DNA of 64,000 nt from an uncultured Pseudomonadota bacterium. GTDB lineage: Bacteria > Oederibacteriota > Muellerivitia > Muellerivitales > Muellerivitaceae. Each line of letters opens with the position of its first letter. Positions within the stretch are counted from its first letter, which is position 1. Of this stretch, positions 58,995 to 64,000 are shown one piece after another. The stretch lies in assembly GCA_963770835.1 (NCBI GenBank), contig CAVYRH010000007.1, positions 96,001 to 160,000 of the forward strand, in the 5' to 3' direction. The notes under the pieces are model-generated. The model was given only the letters and a program-made list of their open reading frames with translations, was not told where the DNA came from and did not search any database. Made by a program: the position numbers and the translations under genes.

Positions 58995-60822
58995 GCGTCC
59001 CCCTTCGCGCCCGGTTCCGCTTGAGGGACAAATTGCTGGTGGCCGTCACCCTCCTGGTGGTGGTCTTAACCGTCGCCATTATCCTGATCCTCAACGTGCG
59101 CCTACAGGCGGAAAGCAGGGACGCCCTCAACGCGGACTTGGACCGTACTTTCTCCATTTTCAGCAGTTTCGTCAACCAGGAAACGGGAAGCTTGAGGGAC
59201 AAGGCCGTGCTGATGGCCGGCCTGCCCCGGTTGACCGCCGCCCTGGACGTGCGCAAGCCCAAGTTCTCCACCATGGCCGACACGGTTAGCGAATTGTGCC
59301 TGGACCTGGGCTCCTCGGTGAAGGCGCCGCCCCTTTTCGTGGTGACGGACAAGGAAGGCCGGGTCCTTTTCGATTCGCACCATCCCCCCGAGGAGATCGT
59401 GGCGCTCCGGGCGGGCCGGGAGCCCGACCCCTCCAAAATGAACGCGGGGGAGCCCATGATGGCCAATACCTGGCCCAACGTCAAAGCGGCCCTGCAGGGC
59501 CAGCCCAGCCAGGGCGGATTCCTTTATCGGGACAGCCAGCCAGGCGGAAAAGTCCAGGTACGGCTTATCAGACGGTTACCTATCCCATCCTGAGCCACGG
59601 GGAGGACCTGGGGGTCATCGTCCTGGGGGTGGCCCTGGACGAGGCCCTGGCCGAAAGACTTAAAAAACTAACGGACAGCGAGGTCGCCTTTTTTATCGGC
59701 AAGGATGTTGCGCCTCTACTTGGCCGGAAGACAAGTACCCGTTGGTGGCCCAAGCCTATCCTCGTCAATCCCCTCTGCCGAAATGTGGAAGGAAAAAACA
59801 ACTTCTCCCTCGGTTCCCGTGGACCTGAACGAGGAAAACTACCTGGTGCGGTTCGCCCCCTTCAAGGACACCCAGAACCAATTGATCGGGAATTACGCCA
59901 TCCTGCGGTCCGAGGACAAGGCCCTGGCCGTTCCAGAAAAACCTCCAGCAATCCATCATGATCGTCGGGATTCTCGGGGTCCTTTTCGCCTTCGTCATGG
60001 CCCTGTTCATCGCCCGGCGCATCACCGAGCCCCTGAACAGCCTGCTCCAGGGGGTCCAGGAAATCGGCAAGGGAAACCTGAACGCCAGGTGCCCATGAAG
60101 TCCCGGGACGAACTGGGGGTCCTGGCCGCACTCCTTCAATGAAATGATCCAGGGTTTGAAGGAAAAAGAGCGGGTCACGAACATCCTGGGCAAATACATC
60201 TCCCCCGAGGTGGCCAAGAAGGTGTTGGGGACAGGGAGGGGGTGGCCCTCAAGGGCGAACGACGGGAATGCGTCGTGATGTTCACCGACATCCGGGGTTT
60301 CACCGCCATGAGCGAGAACGCCCGCCGGAAAAGATCGTCGCCGACCTGAACGAATATTTCACCCTCATGGTGGACGTGGTCATCAAGTACGAGGGCACCC
60401 TGGACAAGTTCATCGGGGACGCCATCATGGCGGTCTGGGGGGCGCCCGTTCCCTTCGAGGACAAGGAACTGCGGGCGTAAAGGCCGCCCTGGAAATGCAG
60501 GAGGCCCTGGGCAAATTCAACAAGGCCCGCATCGACAAGAAACTGACCCCCTGACCATGGGCATCGGCATCAACACGGGGTGGTGGTATCGGGCAACCTG
60601 GGTTCGGACAAGCGCACCGACTACACGGTCATCGGGGAGGAGGTCAACCTGGCCTCCCGGCTCTGTTCCAAGGCCGTCCCGGGCCAGACCCTGATCTCGG
60701 AGTGCATGTACCGTAAGCTCAAGGGCCTGGTGGAAGTGAAGGCCCTGGAACCCATCGCCCTGAAGGGTTTTTCCGAGCCGGTGAAAGTATACGAGGTGAC
60801 GGGTTTGACAGCCGGCGCTTAA
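58991..60822 (+). CDS. Membrane class III adenylate cyclase (TM-sensor-TM-HAMP-cyclase) broken by about 10 indels (probable sequencing errors)
   Basis: Fragments across frames: [69 protein letters not shown]. Confidence 0.85.
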
Positions 60823-60851
60823 GGTCCTGCCGCTTTTTACTTGGGGAAAAA

Positions 60852-60995
60852 ATGAGACAACCGAATCGATGGGCCGGTTATTTCCTGGTTTTCATTCTTT
60901 TAGCGGCCTTGGGTTTTGCCCTGGCGGAGGATAAAGGCAGCTCGTCCACGGGCGCTTTGGAAGGCCATTTAACGGTGACGGCCCCCGCCCGCCCA
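60852..60995 (+). pseudogene. N-terminus of a second exported protein paralogous to 58281-58994, cut at a junction
   Basis: Signal peptide then GALEGHLTVTAPARP vs GTLTGKLTVTAPPRK; similarity ends abruptly. Confidence 0.55.
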
Positions 60996-61731
60996 AACGA
61001 CGGCTTGCTCAAACGGGAGCTCGTGAGCCGCCGAGAGGGGGTCAGCCAATTCATTGGTCAGGAGGGGTTCCCGAGTAAACCGGGTCCGTGGATCGTTCCC
61101 ACCAAGGCCGGAACGGCAAGGATGCCCAAAGAGCTGGATGTCGCCTTCCCTCCATCAGGAAACTGGCTAATGTTCGATGGCCTTCCGCTCAATTCCCAGC
61201 CGCCTGACCTGCTGATACAGCTAATCGAGTATATTTTCGTCCGGGACGGCGTCATCGGGCAGGGATCGGGGGGAATTCGACCGGCTCCAGTTCTAGAAGA
61301 ATTCCTTGCGCGGATCGGCGAGATCAAGGCTCAAGATGGTTTAGTCGGTGACAAGGATTGACGAGGCGTATTCTCGTTGGGATCGCTGATTGCGAGCGCC
61401 GTCAAGCCCGGAGGTCAATCGAGCTGCAACCTGCGAGTTCGACGGGAGCCACGGGAGGCGCTCGATGCAGATAGCCTTCCAGGCGGCCTGCGGGACGGCG
61501 GGTTGTTCATCCACAATGCGGCGGGGCCTCCATAACCCGACTGGCTTCACGCACTTTGGGAGCTTAATTCCAGACCTTGAGCAGAAATCACAAAATATTG
61601 TGCCGTTGAAATCGGTTTTGGTTGCACCGGGGCGCGAATGGGCAGACACCTCGCGCCAAGCGGCGGGACCTAGGCGGGGCAACACAAGACCTCAATTCAC
61701 CCCGCCAAGACGATGGCGTGCGGGACAATCA

Positions 61732-62717
61732 ATGCCGATTTCGACTGTCAAGCAGCTTTGCATTCCCAGCGCCGTCGTCACGAGCGACAGTCTTGTCGAG
61801 CAGGTCGCGCAGATCGAGGATTTCGGGTCCGGGAGGGTCGACGCACGCGAGTTCTTCCGGCGCAACTACTTCACCGCCGGCCTAGAGCTTCTGGTCAAGC
61901 GCGGCTTCGAACGCCTCGCTGGTAAGAGCGAGGACGGAGCGTTCTACCTCACCCAAGCGATGGGCGGCGGCAAGACGCATAGCTTGATCGCGTTCGGACT
62001 GCTTGCCTCCGACCCCGCCCTTCGCCGCGAAGTCGCGCCCAAGCTGACCGGCGCGGATGACTTCGGCGCGGCCAGGGTCGTCATCTTCAACGGCCACCAG
62101 AACCCCGAGACGCTGCTCTGGGGGTACATCGCCGACCAGCTCGGCAAGTCCGACATCATGGCCTCATTCTGGCGGAACGGAGCGAAGACGCCTGGCGTCG
62201 ACGAGTGGGTCGCGGTGCTCGGCGACGAGCCGATCTTGATCCTGCTCGACGAGCTGCCGTCCTACCTGCAAATGGCGCAGGGCGAGCGGGTCGGCGCGAC
62301 GACGCTAGGCGAGCTGACCATCGGCGCGCTGGAGCGCCTTTTCAACGCTCTGCCGCGATGCCAGCGCGCCTGCGTCGTCGTTACGAACCTAAAGGATGAC
62401 GTCTACCTCGGCGGGTCGAGCCAGCTTCGTACCTTGGTCGAGAGCCTCACCAAGCACTACGATCGGAACGCGCAAGCCATTACCCCGTGCAGCAAAACAC
62501 CGGCGAGGTCTTCGCGATTGTCCGCAAGCGCCTGTTCGACGGGCTGCCGGGGCGGGAGCGCATCGATGAGGTCGCCCAAGGCTATGTGGACGCACTCCAG
62601 AAGGCGAAGCGCGTCGACACGATCCCGTCGACACCGGAGACATTCATCGAGCGCATCCGTGAGACATACCCGTTCCATCCGTCCACACGGGACATCGTCG
62701 CTCGTTTCGCCGAGAAC
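61732..62717 (+). pseudogene. DUF499-family AAA+ ATPase (anti-phage-associated), frameshift near 62484, interrupted by IS21
   Basis: FFRRNYFTAGL, Walker A AMGGGKTHS, TLLWG, Walker B LILLDEL, then VRKRLF, YPFHP in the next frame. Confidence 0.8.
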
Positions 62718-64000
62718 TGCGAATTCCGACGCAATCCGGCCAGGGATTCCGATTTGATGTCGGCCACCGTTCCGATTTGATCCCGGCCACCATTCCGAAA
62801 TGAAGCCGGCCACCTGAGCCGGTCACGGCTCTCATCGTTTGCTCCCCGCGGTTCAGCAACTGCGGCACTCCTGACCCGTCGATGGTCGACGAGGAGATCG
62901 GGATGCCGGCGAAGCGGGAACTGAGCATGCGGCAATTGCGACACTTATTGCGGCTTCACCACGATGGGGTGAGCGCGCGCGAGATCGGGCGACGTCTTGG
63001 CGTGGCGCGCTCGACGATCCAGGACAATCTGAAGCGGGCGGCGGCGGCCGGGCTGGCATGGCCGCTGGCAGACGACATCACCGAAGAGGCTCTGGAAACC
63101 CGGCTGTTTGGACGGGCCGGGGTCACGCAAGGCCAACGGCGGCGGACCGAACCGGACTGGGCGGCCCTGGCGCGCGAGCTGAAGCGTCCTGGCGTCACGA
63201 TGTCGATCCTCTGGGAGGAATACCGAGAGGTCCATCCCGAGGGCTACGGCTACAGCCGCTTCTGCGATTTGCTTCGCGGGTTCGAACGGCGGCTAACTCC
63301 GGTGATGCGCCAGCACCACGTCGCCGGGGAGAAGGCGTTCGTCGACTATTCGGGCAAGCGGATCGGGATCGCCGATCCGACGACGGGAGAGATCCGCGAA
63401 GCGGAGATTTTCGTCGGCGTGCTCGGCGCCTCGAACCTCACCTACGCCGAGGCGACCTGGACGCAGGCGTTGCCGGACTGGACCGGCGCGCATGTGCGCA
63501 TGTTCCGCTTTTTCGGCGGCGCGCCGAAGCTGCTGGTTCCCGACAATCTGAAGAGCGGGGTCAACAAGGCCTCGCTTCTACGACCCCGAGATCAACCGCA
63601 CCTACGGCGCGATGGCGGCGCATTATTCGGTCGGAATCCTGCCGGCGCGGCCGCGGCGGCCGAGGGACAAGGCGAAAGTCGAGGCCGGAGTCAGATTCGC
63701 CCAGACCTACATTCTCGGCCGACTGCGCCATCTGACGTTCTTCTCGCTCGCCGAATGCAACGCGGCGATCACCCTCGTCATGCAACGCATGAACGAGCGT
63801 CCGATGCGCAACCTCGGCCTGAGCCGACGCGATCTGTTCGAGACCATCGAGCGCGACGTCCTCATCGCCTTGCCCGCCGACGATTGGGAGTTCGCGGAAT
63901 GGCGGCGCGCGCGGGTCAATCTCGACTATCACATCGAGGCCCATGACTTTCTCTATTCGGTCCCGCACGCGCTGATCCGCGCCGAGGTCGACGTGCGGAT
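62718..64000 (+). mobile_element. Left part of a second, high-GC IS21-family element
   Basis: Starts TGCGAATTCCGA; four tandem TTCCGA-N8-CGGCCA boxes (62718-62815), then istA. Confidence 0.88.
62903..64000 (+). CDS. istA: IS21 transposase IstA (partial; frameshift near 63575)
   Basis: MPAKRELSMRQ, HTH, LWEEY, YSRFC, FVDYSG, PDNLKSGV, then DKAKVE and YSVP in shifted frame; GAGGAG RBS. Confidence 0.9.

Noticed and set aside
60852..61361. 169-aa ORF as a single protein
   Set aside because: Probably an in-frame fusion across the junction near 60995
61390..61731. N-terminal extension of the DUF499 ORF
   Set aside because: No recognisable similarity; ATG 61732 fits the family start better
62718..62815. 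Four short tandem repeats resembling a mini-CRISPR or iterons
   Set aside because: No unique spacers; explained as IS21 terminal transposase-binding boxes

Overview
64-kb bacterial chromosomal segment of moderate GC from a probably uncultured lineage. It is probably diderm (GT9 heptosyltransferase-like gene, T9SS-CTD-like protein). The Pro/Thr-repeat exported proteins resemble those of candidate phylum FCPU426, but that is a low-confidence impression. It holds housekeeping blocks (typA; smc-GT9-ftsY; ileS-lspA-lspA-lgt-rluD), many exported Pro/Thr-rich proteins, two GT-C-like membrane proteins, an intact IS21 with terminal repeats and a 6-bp target duplication, a beta-mannoside locus, a non-canonical GlcNAc locus (SIS-GH18-ROK-PIG-L) and a cupredoxin/adenylate cyclase module. 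The best candidate for an undescribed system is glgA followed by a diguanylate cyclase with an RsbR-like N-terminal domain and a C-terminal AMPK-beta-like CBM48 glycogen-binding domain. Upstream of that pair are a STAS protein and an exported 5'-nucleotidase homologue lacking nearly all metal ligands. Also notable: a signal-peptide-bearing PIMT coupled to a membrane SAM-fold protein, and a diverged duplicate otsB 3' end bracketing an AT-rich gene. From about 59.5 kb the sequence is full of single-base indels, and near 61.0 kb it switches to high-GC DNA (DUF499 ATPase interrupted by a second IS21). This tail is likely a low-coverage or chimeric assembly and should be treated with caution. No rRNA, tRNA or CRISPR array was recognised. 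All family calls come from motif recognition by eye, not database searches.
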